Origin: Phototrophicaceae bacterium
GTDB taxonomy: Bacteria > Chloroflexota > Anaerolineae > Aggregatilineales > Phototrophicaceae
NCBI GenBank assembly: GCA_965223785.1
Contig: OZ245017.1
Span: forward strand, 1,537,068 to 1,601,067
Direction: 5' to 3'
DNA length: 64,000 bases
The notes under the pieces are model-generated. The model saw only the letters and a list, made by a program, of their open reading frames with translations. It had not been told where the DNA came from and searched no databases. Shown here piece by piece: positions 20,421 to 30,633 of this stretch; the stretch's first letter is position 1; each line of letters starts with the position of its first letter. A program made the position numbers and the translations under genes.

Positions 20421-21479
20421 ATGCGTTATTACCTTGCCTTGATCGTTTTGATCCTTGCAGGGATCATGATGAACAGCACCATCTCCGGCATAGAATTGGA
20501 ACAACAGGTTCCAACTGCCACCTTTACCCCGGTCTTCCAACTGCTACCAACCCAGACGCGTTCGGCTCCCGGTTGTAGTGGGAGCTTGCCAATTGATATT
20601 GGTGGTTCGATAACCGTGCGTCCAGGTGTTAATATTCGCAATGCAGCGTCGATTTCTGCGCCCTGGTTGGCGAATTTTGAGGAGAACAAGATTTTCACGG
20701 TGCTGGACGGGCCTGTTTGTGCTGATGATTTTGTCTGGTGGCGCATCACAGGGCATGGTGTGAACGGGTGGGTAGCGGAGCGCAACCGCGACACCATCTT
20801 CATTCGGTCATTTGATGAAGACCCCAACAAACCGCTGCCATGTCGTGTGCCGTTGGTGATTGCTCTGGGTGAGGAGATCGAACTGACGTTGAATGTCCGT
20901 ATTCGTGAAGAGCCACGCCTGGATGGGCGAGTCTTGACAATTGCACCACATGATTCGGTTGTCCGCATCATCGACACCAAGACGGTCTGTGCCAATGGTT
21001 ATAACTGGTGGCAGGTAGAAGTGACCGTTCTCGATGTGGCGTATACGGGTTGGATGGTGGAAGGTCGCCGCAGTGATGATGACTCTCAGCCTGCTTTTGT
21101 TGACCTGACGCCTGCGCCGGATTGCAGCACACCCATGCCTGCGGTTGCTGGAAATCGGGGACGGGTGCGCTACAATGATCGTTTGCCGAAGAACTTGCGC
21201 ACTGAACCTTCACGAGGTAGTGAAGTCCTGTATACGTTGGTTGAAGGTGTTCCGCTAGAAATCATCGGTGGCCCAGTCTGTTCGGAAGGCATGAACTTCT
21301 GGCAAGTGAAAGTTCTAGCGAATATCGAGGTGACGGGTTGGCTTGCGGAAGGGGCGCGTCCGATCTACTGGATCAACATCACAGACGACATTGGTGCAAT
21401 TGCGGTTGCTACGTTGATATCATCGGCAACTTTGCGCCGTGCTGGCACACTTACGCCAACACCAACCTCCACACCCTAG
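20421..21479 (+). CDS. Secreted or membrane-anchored protein with three SH3b domains
   Basis: N-terminal TM or signal sequence, then three repeats of the form GxxVRxxP...VLxxxxGPVCxxxxxWWQV...GWxAEG. Confidence 0.6.
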   Translation: MRYYLALIVLILAGIMMNSTISGIELEQQVPTATFTPVFQLLPTQTRSAPGCSGSLPIDIGGSITVRPGVNIRNAASISAPWLANFEENKIFTVLDGPVCADDFVWWRITGHGVNGWVAERNRDTIFIRSFDEDPNKPLPCRVPLVIALGEEIELTLNVRIREEPRLDGRVLTIAPHDSVVRIIDTKTVCANGYNWWQVEVTVLDVAYTGWMVEGRRSDDDSQPAFVDLTPAPDCSTPMPAVAGNRGRVRYNDRLPKNLRTEPSRGSEVLYTLVEGVPLEIIGGPVCSEGMNFWQVKVLANIEVTGWLAEGARPIYWINITDDIGAIAVATLISSATLRRAGTLTPTPTSTP

Positions 21480-21485
21480 TCAAAC

Positions 21486-22040
21486 ATGAAAACGTCCACA
21501 CACATGCACCCAAAGCCGGCACTCAACCGGCTTATTCAGTTTGGTGCAGCGGGAGTCAGTGTGCTGCTGATTGTTGCTGCTTTTCTGCAAACCTTGTTGA
21601 GTGTTCTGATCGGGGAGGGGGGGGCTTTTTTTCTCTCAGCCATCCTGACCCTTTTGTTGATGCTGCCAGTGTTGATGCTTACCGCCAATGCACCGGCTGT
21701 CACCGTATCTGAAGGGGGACTTACACTGCATCCGGCTGTCTGGAAAGAGCATCACATTCAATGGGAGGCGATACAGGCCGTCAAAGTCTATCCTTTGTTG
21801 CCATCCGAGGATTCTGAAGTGACTCGTCGCATAGCAATCGGCAGAAAGAAGTATGTGCCGGCAGCCGGGATTATGTTGACTATTCCCAAACTTCCGCCGC
21901 AGTATCGGATTGCCGGGTTTCTGGCGGGTGAGCGGGCTGTGCCGATTATCGCCCTGACCAACCGCGCTCACACCGATTATGAGCAATTGGTCAGGGCCGT
22001 CCTCGAACGAACTGACCCTGCGATCCACGATTTAGAGTAG
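21486..22040 (+). CDS. Hypothetical membrane protein (two TM helices plus a soluble domain)
   Basis: 184 aa. The 3' end overlaps the convergent pyrH by 9 nt. Confidence 0.45.
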   Translation: MKTSTHMHPKPALNRLIQFGAAGVSVLLIVAAFLQTLLSVLIGEGGAFFLSAILTLLLMLPVLMLTANAPAVTVSEGGLTLHPAVWKEHHIQWEAIQAVKVYPLLPSEDSEVTRRIAIGRKKYVPAAGIMLTIPKLPPQYRIAGFLAGERAVPIIALTNRAHTDYEQLVRAVLERTDPAIHDLE

Positions 22041-22790
22041 TGTACCTTCTTGAGAAATCAGTGTCCCTACTTCGGTGCTGCCTGTCACCGCCTGCAGCAG
22101 ATGTTCGTCTTCCCAGAAGTTGAGTACCAGGATTGGCATGTTATTTTCTTGGCAGAGTGTAAATGCGGTCATATCCATTACACGAAACTTACTGTCCAGT
22201 ACTTGTTGATAAGTCAAGCAAGAGAAACGGGTTGCGTTCGGATTGGTGGTGGGATCAGCAGAATAGACTCCATCCACTTTGGTGGCTTTGATGACGATTT
22301 CTGCGTTGATTTCCATTGCCCGCAATGCTGCTGCGGTGTCGGTTGTGAAATAGGGATTACCGATGCCCGCTTCGATAATGACGATACGACCTTTTTCCAA
22401 ATGACGGATCGCCCGTAGCCGGATATATGGTTCGGCAATGGCTTTCATTTCGATGGCTGTTTGCACACGGGTCTCCACCCCACGTCGCTGTAGTGCATCT
22501 GCCAGTGCCAGTCCATTCATCACAGTGGCGATCATGCCCATGTGGTCAGCAGTTGTTTGTTCCATACCGCGTTCAACTCCAGTTGAACCGCGCCATAAAT
22601 TGCCTCCGCCAACAACTACCGCAATTTGGACACCAAGATCATGAACAGACTTGACCCGATCTGCAATGAGTTCTGCCTGTTCAGGGTCAATGCCCCTGCC
22701 ATCTGGCCCTGCTAGTGCTTCTCCGCCGAGCTTTAGTACAATCCGCCTGTAGACGGCACCTTGCTGTCTATTATCATTAGAAGCTGTCAT
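22032..22790 (-). CDS. pyrH: UMP kinase
   Basis: [17 protein letters not shown] and DTAAALRA amino-acid-kinase motifs. Follows tsf as in the conserved rpsB-tsf-pyrH cluster. Confidence 0.9.
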   Translation of the reverse strand: MTASNDNRQQGAVYRRIVLKLGGEALAGPDGRGIDPEQAELIADRVKSVHDLGVQIAVVVGGGNLWRGSTGVERGMEQTTADHMGMIATVMNGLALADALQRRGVETRVQTAIEMKAIAEPYIRLRAIRHLEKGRIVIIEAGIGNPYFTTDTAAALRAMEINAEIVIKATKVDGVYSADPTTNPNATRFSCLTYQQVLDSKFRVMDMTAFTLCQENNMPILVLNFWEDEHLLQAVTGSTEVGTLISQEGTLL

Positions 22791-22811
22791 TTGGGACTAC
22801 TCCTTTCCACA

Positions 22812-22842
22812 ATAAAAAAGGGACTAGCATCTGCTAATCCCT
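22812..22842 (-). terminator. Rho-independent terminator between tsf and pyrH
   Basis: On the minus strand, hairpin AGGGATTAGCAGATGCTAGTCCC followed by TTTTTTATT. Confidence 0.5.
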
Positions 22843-22901
22843 ATTAACAACTTGATCGTGATAGGTGGTTCGAGGAAGAAATGGATGGAACAAGGTAATG
22901 A

Positions 22902-23537
22902 TCATTCCTCATCTCCACCTTCGCCGCTCTCGTTGTTTTCACCCAGACCGAAGCGTGAGAAGCGACTGATTTGAATGCGCTCTCCTAATTCTGCGACAGC
23001 TTCCTGGAGCAAATCGTTGATCGTCTTGCTATCGTCCTTGATAAAGGCTTGCTCCATCAGCACAATTTCTTCGTAGAATTTATCCATCCGGCCTTCAACT
23101 ATCTTTTCAGCGATGTGCGGTGGCTTGCCTGCATCTAGTGCACGCTGCAGTTGCAAATCACGCTCGGTTGCGATCACATCTTCTGGCACATCCTCACGGT
23201 TGAGGTAGGAAGGGGAGAGATTGGCGATGTGTAACGCAACATCTTTGGCGAAGCCTTTAAAGGTATCTGTTGCAGCAACGAAATCCGTTTCGCAGTTGAC
23301 CTCAACCAACACACCCAGCCGTTTGTTGAAGTGTTGATAGACCTCAACCACGCCTTCATTCATCGTACGATCTGAACCGAGTTTCTTGGTGGCTTTGGCA
23401 ATTCCCTTTTCACGCAGAAAGTCAACGGCCTTTTCGACATCGCCGTCGAATTGCTCTAGTGCTTTCTTACAATCCAGCGGCCCTGCACCAGTGATTGTGC
23501 GCAGTTCCTTAACCATTAAGGCAGTTATCTGAGCCAT
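22902..23537 (-). CDS. tsf: Elongation factor Ts
   Basis: MAQITALMVKELRTITGAGPLDCKKAL... UBA-like N-terminus plus EF-Ts dimerisation core. Confidence 0.9.
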   Translation of the reverse strand: MAQITALMVKELRTITGAGPLDCKKALEQFDGDVEKAVDFLREKGIAKATKKLGSDRTMNEGVVEVYQHFNKRLGVLVEVNCETDFVAATDTFKGFAKDVALHIANLSPSYLNREDVPEDVIATERDLQLQRALDAGKPPHIAEKIVEGRMDKFYEEIVLMEQAFIKDDSKTINDLLQEAVAELGERIQISRFSRFGLGENNESGEGGDEE

Positions 23538-23554
23538 TGGTCTGTTTATTTCTC

Positions 23555-24424
23555 CTATTCGTCGTTCTCGCTATCGACTGTATCGTCGTTTTCATCCTCC
23601 GACAAGGTCGCATCCCGCAGCTTTGCCAGGATGTTTTCGCCGAGGTAATGCTCGTCGTCTTCATTGCCCTCGTCGTCATAAGATATCATATCCATGTCTT
23701 CCTGTGCCTCGTTAATCTCGTCGATTAGGTCAGATTGGCGGATGGTCTTACCTTCCAATACTGCTTCCACCAGAGCATGGATCACAATCCGAATGGATCG
23801 CATTGCATCGTCGTTTGCTGGGATGATGTACTCAATGTCATCGGGGTCGCTGTTGGTATCGACCAATGCCATCACTGGGATGCCAAGGATATTGGCCTCT
23901 TTCACAGCGGTTGCTTCGCGGATGGTATCGACCACGATCAGGATATCCGGCAGGCGTTTCATTTCACGGATGCCGCCCAGACGAATTTGCAGTTTTTCGA
24001 TCTCGCGACCTAGCATAACGGCTTCACGCTTGGTCAGCAGCGAAAACTCGCCTTCATCGCGGCGTTTTTCTAATTTCTTCAGTTGGTCGATCCGATCCCG
24101 GATGGTACGCCAATTGGTCAGGGTTCCACCCAACCAGCGATGGTTGACATAGGGCATTCCGCAGCGTGTCGCCTCTTGTGCGATGGTCTCCTGGGCCTGA
24201 CGCTTCGTGCCAACGAACATCACACGCCCCCCATCAGCGAGGGTATCTCGTATCATATCGTAATATTCGTGCAGGTTGACGATGGTTTGCTGCAAATCAA
24301 TGATATGGATGCCGTTGCGTTGGGTAAAGATGTACGGATCCATCTTCGGGTTCCACTTCTGGGTACGATGACCAAAGTGAACGCCAGTTTCGAGCAGTTG
24401 CTTCAAACTCACGGGGGCTGGCAT
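23555..24424 (-). CDS. rpsB: 30S ribosomal protein S2 with an acidic C-terminal extension
   Basis: LLETGVHFGHRTQKWNPKM, GIHIIDL. Confidence 0.95.
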   Translation of the reverse strand: MPAPVSLKQLLETGVHFGHRTQKWNPKMDPYIFTQRNGIHIIDLQQTIVNLHEYYDMIRDTLADGGRVMFVGTKRQAQETIAQEATRCGMPYVNHRWLGGTLTNWRTIRDRIDQLKKLEKRRDEGEFSLLTKREAVMLGREIEKLQIRLGGIREMKRLPDILIVVDTIREATAVKEANILGIPVMALVDTNSDPDDIEYIIPANDDAMRSIRIVIHALVEAVLEGKTIRQSDLIDEINEAQEDMDMISYDDEGNEDDEHYLGENILAKLRDATLSEDENDDTVDSENDE

Positions 24425-24703
24425 GATTATTATACTCCTGTATATGTGTTTATGCGATCACATCCTTCAACCGGGTGTACCAATCCTTTTGAGGACAACA
24501 CAGACGCCCGTCCAGATGTGTGATTTTGGATTATTTTCAGACCGCGCAGCATTGTAACATACGTCCTATAGGTGGGCAAGATGCGTTTCTATTGGGAGTG
24601 GTGAATCGTGCGGCAGCAACAGAGGATAAACAGCCAGTTCAATCCTGAGTGTAGCCGAAAAAGAGTTGATTTGGGTGAATGTGTATCAGAACATGTGCTC
24701 AAC

Positions 24704-25537
24704 CTATTTGATGGCAACCACACCAAAAGCATCATTGCGCGGTGTTATGCGCTTGAATCCCACCTTCTGTAAGCGTTGAAGTGCGCCACGACTGACGCGC
24801 TTGCCATGATGACTGGTGAGGTCGCCGATATAATGAAACAAGCGCCCTTTGTATTCGAGAATGCGATAGAGTTCGGCATAAAATGCTTCAGAGTAAAGAT
24901 CGCCTGCCAGTTTAAAGGTTGGTGGGTCGTGGATAATACGACTGAACACGCCATCCTCAAATTCCTGAACGATATTATAGCTATCCCCGATGATTTGTGT
25001 AATCTTGGGATCAATAAACAACGCCTGTGACCAAGGATTTAGTCGGCACACTTCTAATGCTGCCGTGTCAAGTTCTATTGTGATCACATGCTCAGCTGTT
25101 TTTGCAGCTTGTGTTGCGGTGTAGCCCAGCCCCGTATTGCAATCTAACACCTTGCCCATTACTGGTTTGATCGTCCTGATTTTGCTCAACGTGTCTTTGT
25201 GCGGATTGGTGTTCTTGATACGATGCATCGGAAATCCAGAAACCAGCATCGTTGGCGCGAGTTCTGTTGGGTAAAGTGTGTAGACACGTCCCGTCATCTC
25301 ACTGAAGGCTTGAATCTTTTCGATACCGTCGGCGGTTACATAAAAGCAACCGTTATCCGATGTGGCAATTGTTTCAATATCTGCCCAAGCCAAGGTTGTT
25401 TCATCTGGGAAGCAAACGCCATCGGAGTTAATCGTTACTGCGACGCTTGTTAAACCAAGATCAGGTGAAACCTCGCAGGTGAGGGTATCATGTGCTTTGA
25501 GCAAGATACATGCCTGGTAGTGCGAAAGAACGATCAT
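24704..25537 (-). CDS. Class I SAM-dependent methyltransferase (DPPF-motif, RsmD/N6-MTase-like)
   Basis: SAM-binding VLDCNTGLGYT and a post-motif IHDPPTF. The start is translationally coupled to the upstream sensor kinase gene (1-nt overlap). Confidence 0.6.
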   Translation of the reverse strand: MIVLSHYQACILLKAHDTLTCEVSPDLGLTSVAVTINSDGVCFPDETTLAWADIETIATSDNGCFYVTADGIEKIQAFSEMTGRVYTLYPTELAPTMLVSGFPMHRIKNTNPHKDTLSKIRTIKPVMGKVLDCNTGLGYTATQAAKTAEHVITIELDTAALEVCRLNPWSQALFIDPKITQIIGDSYNIVQEFEDGVFSRIIHDPPTFKLAGDLYSEAFYAELYRILEYKGRLFHYIGDLTSHHGKRVSRGALQRLQKVGFKRITPRNDAFGVVAIK

Positions 25538-26643
25538 TAGGGGGGCGCGGCGATCCGAATCCAGAAATCACACCCGCCTATTGCTGGGGAATCCATCCCA
25601 ACCTCTCCATTTTGAGCTGTCATCAACTGTTTGACGATCCACAGACCAATGCCGGAACTTGGTTCGCCACCAGTGGGTTGGGTGCTAATCTCACTAAAAG
25701 GTTCGAAGAGATTCGCCACCTCGTCGGCGGGGATACCGCTGCCTTGATCAATGATGTGTAAGACAACATCGCTGTTGTCTCGTTGAGCATTGACCCATAC
25801 GATACTGTGTGGTGGGCTGTACTTGATGGCGTTGCTGAGGAGGTTGGCTACCACCTGCTTCAAGCGGGATTCATCTGCCTGGACGGTAAAGTTGGTCTCG
25901 CCCACATCCAGTGAGAGAACTTTCTTCTTGGTGGCCTGCTCAAAGGTCATCATCACCTCGAACAAAACATGATTGAGCGCGACAGGTTTTAGCTCAATAG
26001 GTTCAATGTCGTTTGTGTTCAGCACATGTAGTTCTAGAAACTCTTTAATAATGGCCTGCATCGAATCCGTGTTGAGTTTGGCAAGATCAAGCAGCTTGAT
26101 GGCTTCTGGCTGGTCAATAAAATGCTGTCGTAGTAGCGTGTGGGTCATCATGATGTTGTTGAGTGGATTCTTCAAATCGTGTGAGGCAATCCGCATGAGA
26201 TGACGGTTCATGATGCTGATCTGCTGGAGGCGCCCCACCATTTGCTTGCGCTCGTCATTAAGCTGCTTGAGGTAAATCTGCGTTTGTGCCCGCATCTGTA
26301 TGACTTCAATGTCAATCGGTTTGGTAATGTAGTCATTCGCATGGAGGCGCAGACCTTCCACGATGTCGGTAGTGTCGGACAGGGCAGAGATCAGGATGAT
26401 GGGTAAATCCTGTGCCGAATGTGTTTCACGGATGGCTCGTAACACATCTAACCCCGAAATATCGGGCATCATGATGTCTAACAGGATGAGGTCGTAGGTG
26501 TTCTTTCTGAAAAGTTGAAGGGCGGATACACCGTTGAAGGCGATGTCTGTTTTGTAGAGGCGTGACAAGAAACGTTCGAGTAGTCGAGCGTTGATATCTT
26601 CATCATCAACAATCAGAACCTGTGCAGTCTCAACCGGGAACAT
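25537..26643 (-). CDS. Hybrid response-regulator/histidine-kinase (REC-HisKA-HATPase_c)
   Basis: N-terminal REC (LIVDDEDIN...LILLDIMMPDISG), H-box HDLKNPLN, and G-boxes GSGIPA / GIGLWIV. Confidence 0.8.
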   Translation of the reverse strand: MFPVETAQVLIVDDEDINARLLERFLSRLYKTDIAFNGVSALQLFRKNTYDLILLDIMMPDISGLDVLRAIRETHSAQDLPIILISALSDTTDIVEGLRLHANDYITKPIDIEVIQMRAQTQIYLKQLNDERKQMVGRLQQISIMNRHLMRIASHDLKNPLNNIMMTHTLLRQHFIDQPEAIKLLDLAKLNTDSMQAIIKEFLELHVLNTNDIEPIELKPVALNHVLFEVMMTFEQATKKKVLSLDVGETNFTVQADESRLKQVVANLLSNAIKYSPPHSIVWVNAQRDNSDVVLHIIDQGSGIPADEVANLFEPFSEISTQPTGGEPSSGIGLWIVKQLMTAQNGEVGMDSPAIGGCDFWIRIAAPP

Positions 26644-26768
26644 GACACCCCTTCGGATAATCCACCCTCATTATAGTGGATACATGAAGTTCTGATTCCT
26701 TAACATTTGTAGCTGGTAAGGACACCGACCATGACCGATGTCCTGCGAATTCAGCGTTGTGGTGTGGC

Positions 26769-27449
26769 CTAGAGTTGGCGCATTACCGAGAGGACTTTGC
26801 CTTGTACTTGGCAGTGACGGGCATCAACAAAAATTGGATCCATCGTTGGATGGGCAGGTTGCAGCCGCACCTTGTCGCCTTCGTTGAAGAAATGCTTCAG
26901 GGTGGTCTCGCCTCGTTCGTCCAACCAAACCGCGACCATTTCACCATTATGGGCTTGGCTGGCCTTGCGCAAAATCACGATATCACCATCCTGGATCATG
27001 GCGTCAATCATGGAGTTACCATTCACTTTCAGGGCATAGACTTCACCAGGATTGACACCCCCTAACATCGAAGCTGGCACTTCAATGGCGTTCTCCGGGT
27101 CGAAGGGGTCGGTATCATCAAGAACCTGAATCGGTTCACCTGCCACGATCTGACCGAGTTGGGGGATCTTGAACAACTCAGCGGCTTCAATGATTTTGGC
27201 CTGTTTGTAGCCATCGGGAATATCCCGGATCAGTCGCAGACCGCGTGACTTGGCTTCGACTCGTCGTAGGAACCCGGCCTGAACCAGTTTGTTCAGATTG
27301 TAGTTCACCACTGAGGTTGAATCGATGTTGGTCGCCTTGCCGATTTCCCGAATTGTTGGTGGGAATCCGTTGTCATATATATAGCGGTCCATGAATTTCA
27401 GGATGTTTTGTTGTCGTTGGGAGAGCTTGTCAAAAGCAATGTCACCCAT
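26769..27449 (-). CDS. lexA: LexA repressor
   Basis: Winged HTH (QNILKFMDRYIYDNGFPPTIREIG) and a C-terminal S24 peptidase with Ala-Gly cleavage site context plus Ser/Lys (GNSMIDAMI...VVWL). Confidence 0.9.
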   Translation of the reverse strand: MGDIAFDKLSQRQQNILKFMDRYIYDNGFPPTIREIGKATNIDSTSVVNYNLNKLVQAGFLRRVEAKSRGLRLIRDIPDGYKQAKIIEAAELFKIPQLGQIVAGEPIQVLDDTDPFDPENAIEVPASMLGGVNPGEVYALKVNGNSMIDAMIQDGDIVILRKASQAHNGEMVAVWLDERGETTLKHFFNEGDKVRLQPAHPTMDPIFVDARHCQVQGKVLSVMRQL

Positions 27450-27469
27450 TTTAACACCTCTATTACTCG

Positions 27470-27506
27470 AGAATAATTGTTCTAAGTATAAACGAACAAA
27501 AGTTCA
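27470..27506. promoter_or_regulatory. Two LexA (Cheo-type) boxes in the lexA / 573-aa-gene divergent intergenic region
   Basis: AGAATAATTGTTCT (27470-27483, one mismatch) and CGAACAAAAGTTCA (27493-27506, perfect GAAC-N4-GTTC core). Confidence 0.6.
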
Positions 27507-27573
27507 TTGTCAAATATTTGTTCTATAGCCTGGTTTCTGGCACAATCAAAGGAGCCGATTATCAGGGTACAAT

Positions 27574-29295
27574 ATGATGAAAACGCTGCTGGTCAGTCTG
27601 AAGGAAAGTGATAGTGCATTATTGCCTGGATTCGCCAAAACCTGGGGTGTAGATCCACGCAAATTGGATGCTGATGAAATCCCAGGGGCTATCGAAGAGA
27701 TCATGTGTGATCCAGAATATGCGGGGCCTGTTTGGGATAGGCTCACTGAGTCGCAGCGTGGCATCATGCAGACCCTTCTGGGGGGTATCAATAAAGGCCG
27801 AATGGCGCTGGCGATGTTTGAGCCGATGTATGGCGAGATCCGCAAAATGGGGAAGGGCGCAATTGAACGCGAAAAGCCATTGGAAAATCCTGCAAGTGAC
27901 GCAGAAGCCTTGTTCTATCGCGGTTTCATTTTTGAAGGCTACGAGCAAACCCAGAGCGGCATTCGATCTGTGGTCTATGTGCCGCCTGATTTTGCGGCGG
28001 TGCTGCCAATGCACAGGACCTCTTATGATGATCTTGATGATGTGACGGATGATGCTTTCATAGAGTCTGGCCCATTGGAAGCGCTGGATGATTCCCTGAT
28101 TGAAGATGTACAGCCAGCCGACACGACTATTATTGATGACATGACAACCTTGCTGGCCTATTTGCAGGTGGCAGGTGCCGGGGTTGATACAGGCACCCTT
28201 TCCGAAAAGGACACCCAGCACATCATCGGGCATCTGCTCAACCAGAATGAGGCGCGGTTGGAATTTCTGTTTGGTGTGGGTATCAGTGGGAATCTGATTG
28301 AAATACAGGAACAGAAAGCCTACCCTCGGCGTGCCGAAACCCGCCGCTGGTTGGAAGCAACCCGGGTTCGTCAGCTCAAAATATTGGCAGACGCCTGGTT
28401 GAATAGCACCGTCTACCGAGATCTATGGCAGGTCCCTGGCCTCCATCCTGAACCAACGGGGTGGTCATACGATCCGGTGATGGCACGCAAAGGCGTGCTT
28501 GAGTTTATGCAGGTGTATGTGCCGCAACATGGTTGGTGGTCAGTTAATGATCTCATCCTGATTCTAAAGGGCGTTAATCCTGATTTCCAGCGTCCTGGTT
28601 CCGATTACGATAGTTGGTATATCCGCAACGACAATGATGAATATCTCAAGGGGATCGAAAGTTGGGATGCAGTCGAAGGTTCTCTGATTGAGTTTTATCT
28701 TTATGGGCCTTTGCACTGGTTGGCTTTGACCGATCTGGCAGAAGAGGCTGTTCGTCTGACAGCGTTTGGGCGGCCTTTTGTTAGTGATGCTCCCTGGCCT
28801 AAACAGGCTGAAAATGAGGAACTTATCAGAGTGGAAGCTGACGGCACATTGTATGTGTCTCGGCGTGTTTCCCGTTTTGAGCGGTTCCAGGCGATGCGGT
28901 TTACCTCATGGTTGGCGGCATCGCCCGATGAAGGCTATATCTACAAACTCAATGCTGAAGGTATCCGCAGCGCTGCAACCCAGGGCATTCATACTGGGCA
29001 TATTGCCGCCTTTATCAAACGGATGCTAAGTGACAATCCTGTACCTGAAGGGATTGCTCGCTTGTTGGAAACATGGAAAGGTGGCGCAACTGCTGGAACT
29101 ACCCTTGAGCGGTTACTTGTCTTGCGTACTACCGACGTAGCGACTATGGATTATGTCCTTAACGAACCTGGACTGCGGCGCTATCTACGGGCACAACTTG
29201 GCCCGATGGCTGTGGTAGTTGATCCGAATCAGTGGAATGTTCTACGCGACACACTCGGTGAACATGGCATCATGCTTGATGTGTTGGATGATTAG
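27574..29295 (+). CDS. Hypothetical 573-aa soluble protein divergent from lexA; candidate SOS-regulon member of unknown function
   Basis: Long ORF with RBS AAAGGAG. No nucleotide-binding or catalytic motif recognised. Confidence 0.6.
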   Translation: MMKTLLVSLKESDSALLPGFAKTWGVDPRKLDADEIPGAIEEIMCDPEYAGPVWDRLTESQRGIMQTLLGGINKGRMALAMFEPMYGEIRKMGKGAIEREKPLENPASDAEALFYRGFIFEGYEQTQSGIRSVVYVPPDFAAVLPMHRTSYDDLDDVTDDAFIESGPLEALDDSLIEDVQPADTTIIDDMTTLLAYLQVAGAGVDTGTLSEKDTQHIIGHLLNQNEARLEFLFGVGISGNLIEIQEQKAYPRRAETRRWLEATRVRQLKILADAWLNSTVYRDLWQVPGLHPEPTGWSYDPVMARKGVLEFMQVYVPQHGWWSVNDLILILKGVNPDFQRPGSDYDSWYIRNDNDEYLKGIESWDAVEGSLIEFYLYGPLHWLALTDLAEEAVRLTAFGRPFVSDAPWPKQAENEELIRVEADGTLYVSRRVSRFERFQAMRFTSWLAASPDEGYIYKLNAEGIRSAATQGIHTGHIAAFIKRMLSDNPVPEGIARLLETWKGGATAGTTLERLLVLRTTDVATMDYVLNEPGLRRYLRAQLGPMAVVVDPNQWNVLRDTLGEHGIMLDVLDD

Positions 29296-30068
29296 CTGGT
29301 GGTTTCTTTCTCCGCTTGCATCATGATGTGAGCGTTGTGTGTATTGGCGAGTTGCACCATATCATAGTCGGGGTTGGCGGTCTTGATAACCAGACGATAG
29401 GGCACCTCACCACGATCTTTGAAGCTCTCCCGTTGGGGTTGGAAGAGGTGAATAGATGACTTCTTAAGCGTGAAGATCATTCCCGGCGCGTTTTCATCCG
29501 CAGGCACGCCCAGCATGTTGCCATAACGTGCGGCGGCTTCTTCCAAATCCTTAACGGGAATAAATACATTCATGATTCCTACCGCGCCGTTTTCATGCGA
29601 AATGGTCACATCATCATCTGGCACGCGCAGGTTACGGGCGGTTACGTCTTCAATGAAGAACGGGGAATAACTGTTGTCAAAGCGTGCTGTCTTCCAGCGG
29701 ATTTCACGCCCATCCGTCCGCAGCCGGCTGCCTGGTTTGACCGTCGCCTCAGATTTAATGCCGCGCTTGTGCATTAAGTTCATGTCTTGGTCAAGATTGT
29801 TCGAATGGCAAGCAAAGCCAATTAATCCTTCACCGTTTTTGACCAATTGGCTGAAATCAGTTGCCTCGATATCTTCTTTGGGGCGCTTGCCCGTTGGGGC
29901 CAGTAGTTCAATGTAAGTTCCATCTTTGAAGCAGATCAGTGCGTTGTGGGTTGTGCCGCTGGTGTGTTCTCCACCATAGAGAGTGGTAAAGCCGATTTTT
30001 CGGAAATTGTTTATCGCTGTTTTCAGGTTATCGACTGCAATGATCACATGATCAAGTGAAAACGACAT
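29292..30068 (-). CDS. VOC (glyoxalase/bleomycin-resistance/dioxygenase) family protein, two-domain
   Basis: MSFSLDHVIIAVDNLKTAINNFRKIGF... beta-alpha-beta-beta-beta module, duplicated. Confidence 0.65.
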   Translation of the reverse strand: MSFSLDHVIIAVDNLKTAINNFRKIGFTTLYGGEHTSGTTHNALICFKDGTYIELLAPTGKRPKEDIEATDFSQLVKNGEGLIGFACHSNNLDQDMNLMHKRGIKSEATVKPGSRLRTDGREIRWKTARFDNSYSPFFIEDVTARNLRVPDDDVTISHENGAVGIMNVFIPVKDLEEAAARYGNMLGVPADENAPGMIFTLKKSSIHLFQPQRESFKDRGEVPYRLVIKTANPDYDMVQLANTHNAHIMMQAEKETTS

Positions 30069-30633
30069 CTTGACTTACTCCTCACGCTGCGCCCTCTAAA
30101 CTATACCATGCAAATCATGAGAAAACATCTTCTGCAGTCGTTCCTTCCAACCTGGCGCATTTCGTAAATTGGCGTGTAATCCGTGTACTGCATCGCAATC
30201 AGCGGATTCTGATCGGTGTTGAGCTTGGCGACTTTAACGCGACCTATAAGTCACGGGCAAGTTCTTCGATATACCATCGGCAATGGCCACAAGATCGAAT
30301 CGCACATGAGATTCTGGATTTTCGCTATTGATGTGAACAGTCAACAACTCACCCACATTCTTCGGGGCAATCTTGCTCAAGACATCATCAAATATGGCGT
30401 CTTTGCTCCCGTTGTGCAACAAGACCAGCGTCGGTGTGGGTTGTTGCATGAATTTTTCGGTACTTTGGTCGTCGGTTGTAATGGGTGTATCGAACCCAGA
30501 CATCATGATGTACAGTTGTGCCGTTTTTTACGCTGGAAGCGTATTAGACTGAAACTGTAGCCCCCCAATCATTGGGGTAAAGATCAAAGCGTAATTTCAT
30601 TAGACTATCTGTAATAGATAGGAGTTAAAACGT

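Noticed and set aside
20560-21480. SH3b repeats as candidate internal DNA repeats
   Set aside because: The repeats are diverged at the nucleotide level. They are protein-level domain repeats only.
30234-30506. 90-aa ORF with an alpha/beta-hydrolase-like LVLLHNGS start
   Set aside because: Too short and lacks a catalytic Ser-containing core. Possibly a gene fragment; not enough evidence to annotate.
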